From a virus: a DNA stretch of 49,654 nt. Position 1 is the first letter of the stretch. Each line of letters begins with the position of its first letter. Location of the stretch: the IMG/VR virus record IMGVR_UViG_3300008807_000159, positions 1-49,654 of that record; one strand, given 5' to 3'. Under the pieces are notes generated by a model. It saw only the letters and a list, made by a program, of their open reading frames with translations. It was not told where the DNA came from and ran no database searches. The translations under genes and the position numbers were made by a program. Shown piece after piece: positions 17,877 through 25,688 of the stretch.

Positions 17877-17989
17877 TCCTCGATCCCCATCCGGCGATCG
17901 GCATCCTTCGCGACGGTAACCGCCGCGAGAATGATCGCGTCGAGCAGCGCGACTGAGGCGAAGAGGATGAGGGTGATGGTGGGGGTCAT
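17873..17989 (-). CDS. 38-aa single-pass membrane peptide
   Basis: MTPTITLILFASVALLDAIILAAVTVAKDADRRMGIEE. ATGA overlaps at both ends. Confidence 0.45.
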   Translation of the reverse strand: MTPTITLILFASVALLDAIILAAVTVAKDADRRMGIEE

Positions 17990-18459
17990 GCTGCCAGCGC
18001 CTCGATCTCGACGATCAGAGCCGCCAAATCGGTCTGCAATTCCTTGAGGTCGGGCAGATAACGCAGCTTCTCGCGATGCGTCTCGACGACACCGCCATCC
18101 GAGCCCGGCGCGCGTGCCTCTGCGATCTTGTAATTGGCGCGCGCGATCAGCGGCAAGATGTCCCCATCGCGGCCGTGGATCGGCATATGATGGCTGCCGT
18201 AAAGCGCCGACACCGGGTTGAGTACGTGCCCGCCGAACACCTTGCCGAGCCGCTGCACATAGACGCTCGAAAGGTCGCACTTCTTATTTGCGGCATTGCT
18301 GACAGTGCCGAGCGAAACGTCGATTGCTTCGCTGATTTCTTGCAGGGTCAGGTCATACTCACGCTGCACATTGGCCAGCGATGCGGCGATCGCGTCTCGA
18401 TAAGCCCTTTGCTCCTCGATTGAATTAACACGCAAGACGTTGAAGGGCTTTGTCGCCAT
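17986..18459 (-). CDS. XRE-type HTH early regulator
   Basis: 157 aa. HTH segment LTLQEISEAIDVSLGTVSNAANKK. Strong SD (GGAGG) 7 nt upstream of the ATG. Confidence 0.65.
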   Translation of the reverse strand: MATKPFNVLRVNSIEEQRAYRDAIAASLANVQREYDLTLQEISEAIDVSLGTVSNAANKKCDLSSVYVQRLGKVFGGHVLNPVSALYGSHHMPIHGRDGDILPLIARANYKIAEARAPGSDGGVVETHREKLRYLPDLKELQTDLAALIVEIEALAA

Positions 18460-18521
18460 TACATGCCTCCATGGACAGGGAAGATTTTGACAGCCGCCGC
18501 AAAAGGCCGAGCGATGAAACC

Positions 18522-18552
18522 GGGGGCCGCGCCAGTGGACGTCGCGGCCCCC
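18522..18552 (-). terminator. GC hairpin between the degenerate cro copy and the early operon (possible terminator/antitermination point)
   Basis: Perfect 10-bp arms GGGGGCCGCG (18522-18531) / CGCGGCCCCC (18543-18552) with an 11-nt loop. No clean U-tract follows. Confidence 0.35.
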
Positions 18553-18652
18553 GCTCCGTGGTGCGACCCAGCCGGAGAACGGATGAATTGCCCCCGCCCG
18601 CTATGGGAGGGACGGACGGGGGCGTTCTCGCCGAGGGGGTGGGCGAGGGGGG

Positions 18653-18880
18653 TCATGCGGCGGCGCTCGAGGGGGTATATTCGCTCGGCGGGTATATGTC
18701 CGGGCGCCACTCGTGCCTCGGGATTCCCGTCACAGCCTCTGCCTTCCGGACAAGCTCGGCGGGAAGTTGCGCGCCCTTCGCAATCCAGTTGGAGATATTT
18801 TGCTGGCTGATCCCGATAGCCTCGCTTGACTCACCGGTCGCCAATGCCAAGGTGCCAAGATGTTGCCGTCCGACAAAATC
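18653..18880 (-). pseudogene. Degenerate second copy of the cro/YdaS-like gene
   Basis: By eye roughly 75-80 percent nt identity to 19262-19440. Encodes ...EAIGISQQNISNWIAKGAQLPAELVRKAEAVTGIPRHEWRPDIYPPSEY. It has no ATG at the equivalent start and lacks 3 codons in the first HTH helix. Its 5-prime end is overlapped by an opposite-strand gene. Confidence 0.55.
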
Positions 18881-19147
18881 GCGCTTGAACGGGAGGTCGT
18901 CACCAACTGCGAAACCATCGGAATTGAGGGTGTCAGGGATAAGTTGGCACAACGAGCCTATTCTGGAATGCGTCGACGGATGGCGGAGGCTTGGCTGGAA
19001 GAGGCGATCGCGGTTCGCGAGCGCGAGATTGATCGCAACATCGCTCGCAGTGGCAACCGGATCACATTTTGGACCGCCGTCAGCGGCAATGTCATTGCTG
19101 TGCTGGCGCTGGCCGTCGCGACCTACGCCGCACTCACAGGGCAGTAG
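18860..19147 (+). CDS. 95-aa tail-anchored membrane protein, opposite strand to the early operon
   Basis: AAGGTG SD 6 nt upstream. Charged helical N-terminus and a C-terminal TM segment ITFWTAVSGNVIAVLALAVATYAAL. Good GC3. The antisense ORF 18653-19201 is not protein-like upstream of the cro homology. Confidence 0.55.
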   Translation: MLPSDKIALEREVVTNCETIGIEGVRDKLAQRAYSGMRRRMAEAWLEEAIAVREREIDRNIARSGNRITFWTAVSGNVIAVLALAVATYAALTGQ

Positions 19148-19148
19148 A

Positions 19149-19265
19149 TCAGTCACGGAGCCGTTCCTTCGTCTGGAAATAGCTGATGAGATTGGCGGCA
19201 AAAGACATGCCGATGCCGAAGGACATGACGATCAGCGCGACAAAGATGACGGGATCGATGCTCAT
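19149..19265 (-). CDS. 38-aa membrane peptide downstream of cro
   Basis: Hand-translated as MSIDPVIFVALIVMSFGIGMSFAANLISYFQTKERLRD. ATGA overlap with the cro stop. Confidence 0.45.
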   Translation of the reverse strand: MSIDPVIFVALIVMSFGIGMSFAANLISYFQTKERLRD

Positions 19266-19504
19266 GCTGCCGCGCTCTGGGTGGGGGCGTATTCGCTCGG
19301 CGGATATATATCCGGACGCCATTCGTGGCGGGGAATGCCAGTCTCGGCCTCCGCCTTGCGAACGAGTTCCGCGGGAAGAGGAGCACCCTTCGCGATCCAG
19401 TTAGAGATATTCTGCTGGCTGGTGCCGATGGCCTCGGCAAGACGGCTCTGCTTGCCGTCAAACTTGGGCAATTCGAGTGCGCGCTGAAGAGGGGTGGTAG
19501 TCAT
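19262..19504 (-). CDS. cro: Cro/YdaS-like HTH repressor
   Basis: Start at ATG 19504 (MTTTPLQRAL...). HTH segment SRLAEAIGTSQQNISNWIAKG. Divergent from the cI-like gene. Confidence 0.75.
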   Translation of the reverse strand: MTTTPLQRALELPKFDGKQSRLAEAIGTSQQNISNWIAKGAPLPAELVRKAEAETGIPRHEWRPDIYPPSEYAPTQSAAA

Positions 19505-19513
19505 GAATGCAAC

Positions 19514-19578
19514 GCTTACAATCCAAGCGTTACAATTACAACCCTTTTGTAGCGGCACTACAATCAATAGTTTTGTAG
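19514..19578. promoter_or_regulatory. OR-like operator/divergent promoter region
   Basis: Half-sites TTGTAG/CTACAA and TTACAA: TTACAAT 19516 and 19530, TTACAAC 19536, inverted repeat TTGTAG-N5-CTACAA 19547-19563, TTGTAG 19573. Confidence 0.6.
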
Positions 19579-19589
19579 CCACCCCGGTT

Positions 19590-20279
19590 ATGCGGATGCC
19601 CGACGATCCCGGCAAGGCCGGACTGTGGACTAAAGCCGAGCGCGACAAGCGCGGCTGGTCGGCGGCCGAACTCGCGAATCGCATCAACGGGCGCGCGAAA
19701 TTTGAGGGTGACGAGGCTACGAGGGTTAGTCAGCAGGTCGTGTCGAAGTGGGAACAAGGCACCACCAAGCGCCCGCCCCCATGGACGCGATATATCACGC
19801 TAGTGCTTGAAGATGGCGATGGCGAAACTTCGCATGATCTCCACCTCCACACCGGCCTTGATGACGCGAGCGTCGACATCCAGCGCTTGCCTACCTTTGT
19901 CGGATTGGGATCGGGCGGCACTGGCGACGACGACCCTGGCAAAGTTTCGTTTTCCCGTGATCTCGTCATGAGGGAGCTGCGGGCGGACCCTGAGGCCCTT
20001 CTTGCGATGGTGGCTGAGGGCAACTCTATGGAGCCGGATTTTCGCGGCGGCGATCAAATTCTTGTCGACACGCGGCGCAAGTCTTTAGCCCAGCCCGGAG
20101 CGTTCTGCATTTGGGATGGCGACGGTCATGTCGTCAAATTCATTGAGAAGGTGCCAGACAGCGAGCCACAACAAATTCGGCTGGTGTCGGCGAACGGAAT
20201 ATATGAGCCCCAGATACGGTTGCTCGAAGACGTCAGCATCATTGGGCGCGTGATTTGGTTTGGGCGTCGTGTGCAGTAG
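19590..20279 (+). CDS. cI: CI-like repressor (HTH plus S24 LexA-type autopeptidase)
   Basis: Start at ATG 19590. C-terminal GNSMEPDF (Ser) and VVKFIEK (Lys) motifs. No SD, so possibly leaderless like lambda cI. Confidence 0.85.
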   Translation: MRMPDDPGKAGLWTKAERDKRGWSAAELANRINGRAKFEGDEATRVSQQVVSKWEQGTTKRPPPWTRYITLVLEDGDGETSHDLHLHTGLDDASVDIQRLPTFVGLGSGGTGDDDPGKVSFSRDLVMRELRADPEALLAMVAEGNSMEPDFRGGDQILVDTRRKSLAQPGAFCIWDGDGHVVKFIEKVPDSEPQQIRLVSANGIYEPQIRLLEDVSIIGRVIWFGRRVQ

Positions 20280-20289
20280 GGGTAAGGGA

Positions 20290-20937
20290 ATGCGGGGGAT
20301 TTTGCTTCTGACTGCACTGCTGGCAGTTCAAGTGTCGGCCAAGGAAAGCAAATCCGAGACCAAGCTGCTCGAGCAGGTGCGGCGCTCGCCCGCGGCGCTC
20401 GAAAATCTTGTAACGATCAAAGGGGATTCCCTCGACCCATCTTATACCGTCACGACGCGGGGAGTTTCGGTGGTTGTCAGCAAGGGTTGGCTGGCGAGCA
20501 CGACATATGAGAACAGCTTCCTACGTGGCTTTATCAGCAAGAAGACCGGAGAAATCACGGTCCAAGTCTATCACTCGGCCACATATGGTGGCAGCGGCTG
20601 GAACTTTTTCAATCGGGCCAGTTACGAAGGCCCGAACGGGCTCGAGGAAGCCAAGGCTGATAAAGTGGGGTCTGACGTTTCTTGTTCGAGTTATGGATGT
20701 ACGCACTATGAGGATGTCGTTTTCGATATCCCTTGGTCTACGATCGAAGCGTTCGCGGCGAAGTATGATCCCGCCAACCCGGTGACAGGACTGAAATACC
20801 GCCTGTTTGGCCAGTCAGGCGTCAACATCGACGAGGCAATTCCGATCAATGAAATCGTGGCGTTTGCGAATGTCATGAAAAAGCTGAGGCAACATGCGCC
20901 TCAGGCGATAGTCCTACCGCCAGCGCAACAGCCCTAG
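20290..20937 (+). CDS. Secreted/periplasmic hypothetical protein (signal peptide)
   Basis: MRGILLLTALLAVQVSA|KES... Starts 10 nt after the cI stop. AT-richer than the phage backbone. Confidence 0.65.
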   Translation: MRGILLLTALLAVQVSAKESKSETKLLEQVRRSPAALENLVTIKGDSLDPSYTVTTRGVSVVVSKGWLASTTYENSFLRGFISKKTGEITVQVYHSATYGGSGWNFFNRASYEGPNGLEEAKADKVGSDVSCSSYGCTHYEDVVFDIPWSTIEAFAAKYDPANPVTGLKYRLFGQSGVNIDEAIPINEIVAFANVMKKLRQHAPQAIVLPPAQQP

Positions 20938-21083
20938 CCCCGCGTCTCCATGCGGCCCACGGAAGTGAGTTCGAAGGGGTTTTTCTGACCAACCTAGCTG
21001 ACATCGACGCTTTTCTGGAGGCTGGCGACAAAAGTCTGCCGGCAGCGCCTAGGTGGATCCCACACAAATCCCGCGAAGGGGAA

Positions 21084-21455
21084 ATGAAGGCGCGGCTTCC
21101 GATCAACATCGGAGGAAGGCTTGCGGGACCAGAAATTGAGATCACGCTGCGAATGTCAGACCCAAACTACATCGTAATCGTCCTTATCACGCCGCTTTGT
21201 ATTGCGCGACTTTGCATTGGCACCGAGCATAGAAATCGCGTCACCGGCGAGACGATTACGCAGCCACACTTCCACCGTTGGGCGGACAATCGGTCCCTGC
21301 CGGCCAGGGTCCGAGCAACGCTACCGTTCGCGTCTCCTTTGCCAATCGACGCCCTGACGCGGGACGCGGCATTCATTTGGTTTTTACACGAAGTTGGGAT
21401 AGAATCGCCGGCCTGGCTTCCAGTGGTTTGGCCATCTCAAGGAGGTATGCTGTGA
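21084..21455 (+). CDS. Hypothetical protein, first gene of a coupled pair
   Basis: 123 aa. GAAGGGGAA lies before the ATG. The stop overlaps the next start (GTGA). No family recognised. Confidence 0.5.
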   Translation: MKARLPINIGGRLAGPEIEITLRMSDPNYIVIVLITPLCIARLCIGTEHRNRVTGETITQPHFHRWADNRSLPARVRATLPFASPLPIDALTRDAAFIWFLHEVGIESPAWLPVVWPSQGGML

Positions 21456-22183
21456 CGCAGTGGGAGGAGATCAAGGCTGCACTATGTGCGGCCCGGCGCT
21501 TCTCGGCAGTGCACGACGGCTTTCGGGTGCTGGCCGATACGATGATGCCGTCTGGAAATCTCATCCACGTCCACATTCAGTTGCGAGACGGTTTGCTTTT
21601 CATGCACGACAATGGCGCGAGTTTTGACGAGCTGGCGCAGCACGGAGCGGAGTGCAAGTCGTCCGTGCAGATCAGGAAGATGCTTGCAGAAACGAATTTC
21701 CGTCTAACGCCTGAAGGGTTCATATTTCGTGACAAAGTGCGTCCCGAGGAGGTTGGAACTGGTGTTGCTCTAGTGGCCGACGCCAGCTTGAGAGCTGCAC
21801 AATTCATGCTTGCGCACGCCAAAGTCAAAGTCGGCAAGGCGCTGGATGTGCGAGTGCGAGACGCATTGCGGCAGCGCTACCCTCAGGGCATGACCAACTT
21901 CAAATTTACCGGGCACGCTCGCCAGCAAACTTTCGATTTCGGATTCGACCACGAAGGCGAGACAATACTCGTCGATGCCGTCAGCCCCGATATTTCGTCA
22001 GTGAACGCTGCGATCGTCAAAAGTCTAGATGCGATCCAGTCTTCGACGGGGCGAGCCCGCCCCATTCTTGTCTTCGACGAGCGAGACAACTGGCCATCTG
22101 ATGCGATGAACCTGTTGGCGATGGCGGGCGGCGAGCGAATGTCGTTCCAGCGGGTCGCCGCAGGAAATCTGCTCGCGGCCTAG
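21452..22183 (+). CDS. DUF1828/DUF1829-like two-domain protein
   Basis: GTG at 21452 with a perfect AAGGAGG (21439-21445) 6 nt upstream. 243 aa. Patterns LIHVHIQLRDGLLFMHDNGASFDEL and FKFTGHARQQTFDFGFDHEGETILVDAV are recalled from DUF1828 and DUF1829; not searched. Confidence 0.6.
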   Translation: MTQWEEIKAALCAARRFSAVHDGFRVLADTMMPSGNLIHVHIQLRDGLLFMHDNGASFDELAQHGAECKSSVQIRKMLAETNFRLTPEGFIFRDKVRPEEVGTGVALVADASLRAAQFMLAHAKVKVGKALDVRVRDALRQRYPQGMTNFKFTGHARQQTFDFGFDHEGETILVDAVSPDISSVNAAIVKSLDAIQSSTGRARPILVFDERDNWPSDAMNLLAMAGGERMSFQRVAAGNLLAA

Positions 22184-22212
22184 CTCGTGTAATCATTTCT
22201 GGACTCAACCAG

Positions 22213-22237
22213 CCCGCTCTCACCCGGCGGGGTTTTT
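22213..22237 (+). terminator. Weak intrinsic terminator closing the cI operon
   Basis: CCCGC (22213-17) / GCGGG (22227-31) stem, then G and TTTTT (22233-37). Confidence 0.45.
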
Positions 22238-22256
22238 CGTGGGCGAGATAAAGTGA

Positions 22257-22319
22257 TTGTAGAGCTACAACCCAAACTACAAATCAGTTGTTGACATAGC
22301 TACAAAGCGATTGTAATCA
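22257..22319 (+). promoter_or_regulatory. OL-like operator plus PL-like promoter
   Basis: TTGTAG-AG-CTACAA 22257-22270 and CTACAA 22277. Consensus -35 TTGACA at 22291-96. CTACAA-N5-TTGTAA 22300-22316 overlaps the -10-like TGTAAT/TAATCA. Confidence 0.6.
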
Positions 22320-22383
22320 ATCTCCATCAGCCCCGAGGTGAGCCGCAAGCGCAGACCCAACGGGCTCCAGATGGAGAACCGCA

Positions 22384-22620
22384 GTGTCCCGACACGATCC
22401 AGCCCTGATTAAATCCTTCGAGGACAACCGCGCAGCCATTGCCCGCGCGACCAATCCGGTCTTCGCCATCCGTCAGGAGAAGCGCGAGGCCATCAAGGCC
22501 GTCGCCGAACGATATGCCGCTGAGGCAAAGGCCGAAGGTCGCCGCCTCGATTACGACGGCTTCGTCCGCGAGACGTCGGCCATCGAGAGCGAGTATCTGG
22601 CTCGGGAGATGGCGCTGTGA
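22384..22620 (+). CDS. Hypothetical protein, first gene of the rightward early operon
   Basis: 78 aa. GTG start with GGAGAA upstream. Confidence 0.55.
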   Translation: MSRHDPALIKSFEDNRAAIARATNPVFAIRQEKREAIKAVAERYAAEAKAEGRRLDYDGFVRETSAIESEYLAREMAL

Positions 22621-22790
22621 GCTTTCCCGTCATCATCACCGCCGCTGAGGAAGTCGAAGCCGACACCGCCCTCGCCGCCCTGTCCAAGCTGCGCGACCAG
22701 CTCGTCCGCCGCGACGCCAATCTTTCCGCCTGCCTGATCGATGACGCGATTGCGACGATCGAGGCGGCTTGCCGGGAGTGCAAACGATGA
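22617..22790 (+). CDS. Small hypothetical protein (57 aa)
   Basis: Hand-translated as VSFPVIITAAEEVEADTALAALSKLRDQLVRRDANLSACLIDDAIATIEAACRECKR. GTGA and ATGA overlaps at its ends. Confidence 0.4.
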   Translation: MSFPVIITAAEEVEADTALAALSKLRDQLVRRDANLSACLIDDAIATIEAACRECKR

Positions 22791-23077
22791 TCTGTCCCAA
22801 GCAAATATGTCAGGAGCATGGTTTCGAGACCGTCGAAATCGCTTGGACGCAGCGCGGCTACTGGCGTGCATTAGCGCACGGCAAGAACGTCGGCGAATTC
22901 GGCTGCAACAATGAGTACGGCGACACGCCCGAAAAGGCCGTCGCTGGCCTCCTCAAAAACATCCGCACCTACCGCGAAGATAAGGCCGCAATCGCGGCTG
23001 GCGACAAGGCCGCCAAGGCAAAGCGGATTCAGGCGATCAAGGCCGAACTCGCGTCGTTGACGGGAGAGGCGGAATGA
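22787..23077 (+). CDS. Hypothetical protein
   Basis: 96 aa from ATG 22787 (MICPKQICQEHGF...). Confidence 0.55.
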   Translation: MICPKQICQEHGFETVEIAWTQRGYWRALAHGKNVGEFGCNNEYGDTPEKAVAGLLKNIRTYREDKAAIAAGDKAAKAKRIQAIKAELASLTGEAE

Positions 23078-23391
23078 CCTCGCTCCCCATCCACGCCGAC
23101 TGGTTCGAGATCGAGTATGAAGGCAAGGACATCGAAGTCCTCGCGCGCTTCACCTTCTCGCCGTTCGTTCCGGCAACCTATTGGCAGCCCGCAGAGGGCG
23201 GAGAAATCGAAATCATCGGCGTCGAGACGATCGGCAAGGTCGATATCATCGACCACCTTTCGGCCGAAACTCTCGAGGATCTGGCCGAACAGATCGAACT
23301 GCACAGCGAACGCTATGAAGATCGCGGGCCCGACCCCGACGACGAGCGCGACCGCATTATCGACGACCGCATGACCGGGGAAGCGGCATGA
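23074..23391 (+). CDS. Acidic hypothetical protein
   Basis: 105-aa ORF with an overlapping start. Confidence 0.55.
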   Translation: MTSLPIHADWFEIEYEGKDIEVLARFTFSPFVPATYWQPAEGGEIEIIGVETIGKVDIIDHLSAETLEDLAEQIELHSERYEDRGPDPDDERDRIIDDRMTGEAA

Positions 23392-23504
23392 ACCGCGCCC
23401 TCGCAATCCTCCGCTCGATCCCGGCGCGCGACTTTCTCGCTGCGTTCGCGATCACCGGCGCCCTCTGGTTCGTCGCAGCTGCGGCATCGGTGGTGCTGCC
23501 GTGA
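23388..23504 (+). CDS. 38-aa membrane peptide
   Basis: MNRALAILRSIPARDFLAAFAITGALWFVAAAASVVLP. ATGA and GTGA overlaps. Confidence 0.4.
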   Translation: MNRALAILRSIPARDFLAAFAITGALWFVAAAASVVLP

Positions 23505-24097
23505 CTGTTGAATGGCGACCTGTCATCGGGTTTCCCGACTACTCGGCCAGTTCGGACGGGCAGATCATGCGGACGGCTCCCGACATGAAGGGACGCCTGA
23601 GCGGGAAGCCCCTGAAGGCGACGCCGGATAGCGATGGCTACTTGCAGGTGAATCTATTCAACCGCGGAACAAGGCGGACGGTAAAAGTTCACACCGCAGT
23701 TTGCGGGGCTTTTCATGGATCAAGGCCGACCGAGGCTCATGAAGTGGCGCACGGCGACGGCGATCAACTGAACAACAGCGCCCGCAATTTGCGTTGGGCG
23801 ACGCGCAAGGAAAACGCTGCTGACCGCGATGATCATGGTCGGACATCGCGGGGCGCATGTCATCCTTCAAAAGTTCGTCCCGGCTATCTGCCGACCGGAG
23901 ACGACCGTTGGACCCGTCGTAATCCGAATTTACGAACTGTCGGCGAGCGGCACGGCAGCGCGAGACTGACAGAAAACGACGTGCGATCAATTCGCATCGA
24001 CAGCCGCAAAAACACTGAAATTGCCGCATCATTTGGCGTCACCTCGACGACGGTCGGGCATATCAAATCAGGCAAAACATGGAGTCATGTCGCATGA
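23501..24097 (+). CDS. HNH homing endonuclease (NUMOD4 plus HNH_3 plus C-terminal HTH)
   Basis: WRPVIGFPDYSASSDGQI (NUMOD4-like). HGDGDQLNNSARNLRWATRKEN (HNH). Confidence 0.8.
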   Translation: MTVEWRPVIGFPDYSASSDGQIMRTAPDMKGRLSGKPLKATPDSDGYLQVNLFNRGTRRTVKVHTAVCGAFHGSRPTEAHEVAHGDGDQLNNSARNLRWATRKENAADRDDHGRTSRGACHPSKVRPGYLPTGDDRWTRRNPNLRTVGERHGSARLTENDVRSIRIDSRKNTEIAASFGVTSTTVGHIKSGKTWSHVA

Positions 24098-24786
24098 CCG
24101 TCACCTTTCACCGAGATCTAATTCAGGGAAGTGACGAATGGCACCAAGCTCGTCTTGGCTTGCTTACCGCCTCTGAATTCAAACTAATTTTGACCCCTAC
24201 CTTAAAGATCGCGAATAGCGAAAAGCTCCGCGCCCACGTCTGGGAACTCGCCGCACAGCGCATCAGCGATTACGTCGAGCCGTCCTTCATCGGCGAAGAC
24301 ATGCTCCGCGGCATGGACGACGAAATCCTCGCCCGCGACCTCTACGCCAAGCATTACGCGCCGGTCGAAGAGGTCGGTTTCGTAACCAACGACAAATGGG
24401 GCTTCACGCTCGGCTGCTCGCCCGATGGGCTGGTCGGCGATGACGGCGGCATCGAGGCCAAGTCGCGCCGCCAGAAATACCAGGTGCAAACGATCGTCGA
24501 GAATTATCGCGCTGGCGGCATCCCCGACGACTTCATCCTGCAGGTTCAGGGCGAGATGCTCGTCTGCGAACGCAAATGGTGGGACTTCATCTCCTACTCC
24601 GGCGGGCTGCACATGGCCGTCATCCGCGTCCACCCGATCCCGGAAATTCAGAACGCGATCGTCGAGGCCGCGGCCGAATTCGAGAAGAACTGCCTCAATG
24701 CGATGGCCGACTATTTCGAGGCCCTGGAGGCGATGCCCAAGCCGATCCCCACCGAACGGAAAATCGAAGAGGAAATGTACGTATGA
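24094..24786 (+). CDS. YqaJ/lambda-Exo-like recombination exonuclease
   Basis: GSDEWHQARLGLLTASEF, CSPDG and IEAK motifs of the PD-(D/E)xK YqaJ family. Confidence 0.8.
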   Translation: MTVTFHRDLIQGSDEWHQARLGLLTASEFKLILTPTLKIANSEKLRAHVWELAAQRISDYVEPSFIGEDMLRGMDDEILARDLYAKHYAPVEEVGFVTNDKWGFTLGCSPDGLVGDDGGIEAKSRRQKYQVQTIVENYRAGGIPDDFILQVQGEMLVCERKWWDFISYSGGLHMAVIRVHPIPEIQNAIVEAAAEFEKNCLNAMADYFEALEAMPKPIPTERKIEEEMYV

Positions 24787-25460
24787 ACGATATGTCGCAA
24801 GTGATTGTCCCGCGCAGCGATCAGATCAATGCGGAGGACTTCATCGCCGGTCCCGCGACCTTCATCATCGAAGGCGTTGCAATCAGCCCCGGCACTGAGC
24901 AGCCCGTCAATATCAAGTTCGTCGGCGAGCCCCGCGTCTGGCGGCCGTGCAAGAGCATGTCGCGCGTTCTCGTCGCGGCGTGGGGCCCGGACGCCAACGC
25001 CTATATCGGCCGCTCGGTCACGCTCTATCGCGACCCCAAGGTGAAATGGGGCGGGCTCGAGGTCGGCGGTATTCGCGTCAGCCATATGTCGCACATCGAG
25101 CGCGACATGGTGATGTCGTTGACGGCCACCAAGGGCAAGCGCGCGCCGCATAAGGTGAGCGTGCTGACGGGGGCGTCGGGCAACGACGCGCCGAAACAGC
25201 AACAACGCCAAACCCCCGAGGAATGGCTCGAGAACTACAAAAGCGCCGTCGCCACCGCACCCGACCTCGACGCCCTCGCCAACGTGCAGCAGAAGGCATC
25301 GAAGGCGCTCGACAAGCTCAAGGTCGATCATCCTCATCTGTACGAGGAGGCCGTCAACGCTGGCAAGAATCGCGCCGACGCGCTCAATCCGACCGAAGGC
25401 CGCGCAACCGAAGACATGGGAGAATCCCACGTCGAAGAGACCGAAGAGGCACCGTTCTGA
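24783..25460 (+). CDS. Putative ssDNA-binding/annealing protein with SSB-type acidic tail
   Basis: 225 aa directly after the exonuclease. The C-terminus ...EDMGESHVEETEEAPF mimics the SSB and T7 gp2.5 acidic tails that end in Phe. Confidence 0.5.
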   Translation: MNDMSQVIVPRSDQINAEDFIAGPATFIIEGVAISPGTEQPVNIKFVGEPRVWRPCKSMSRVLVAAWGPDANAYIGRSVTLYRDPKVKWGGLEVGGIRVSHMSHIERDMVMSLTATKGKRAPHKVSVLTGASGNDAPKQQQRQTPEEWLENYKSAVATAPDLDALANVQQKASKALDKLKVDHPHLYEEAVNAGKNRADALNPTEGRATEDMGESHVEETEEAPF

Positions 25461-25633
25461 TGCCCTTCGCCCTCAGCCTCCATGACCGCCAGCGTTTCGC
25501 CCGAAACAAGCGCGAGCGTTACTGGCGCGACCCGGAATATCGGCTGCTTCGGATCAATGAATGCCGCCAACGCAATGGTCGCCCCGTCGTCTCCAGCCTC
25601 GCTGAAGTCGAAACGCGCGGTCGCCGTACCTGA
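25460..25633 (+). CDS. Small basic hypothetical protein
   Basis: 57 aa. TGATG overlap with the upstream stop. Confidence 0.45.
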   Translation: MPFALSLHDRQRFARNKRERYWRDPEYRLLRINECRQRNGRPVVSSLAEVETRGRRT

Positions 25634-25688
25634 ATTTCAACCCCAAGGGAGACGGGCGCAGCCTAAAAAGCGGCCCGCGGATTTTCCG

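Noticed and set aside
19073-19083. Partial late-motif match ACCGCCGTCAG inside the plus-strand 95-aa gene
   Set aside because: It lacks the TTA/TAA part of the motif and is not upstream of any minus-strand start. Treated as chance or a relic.
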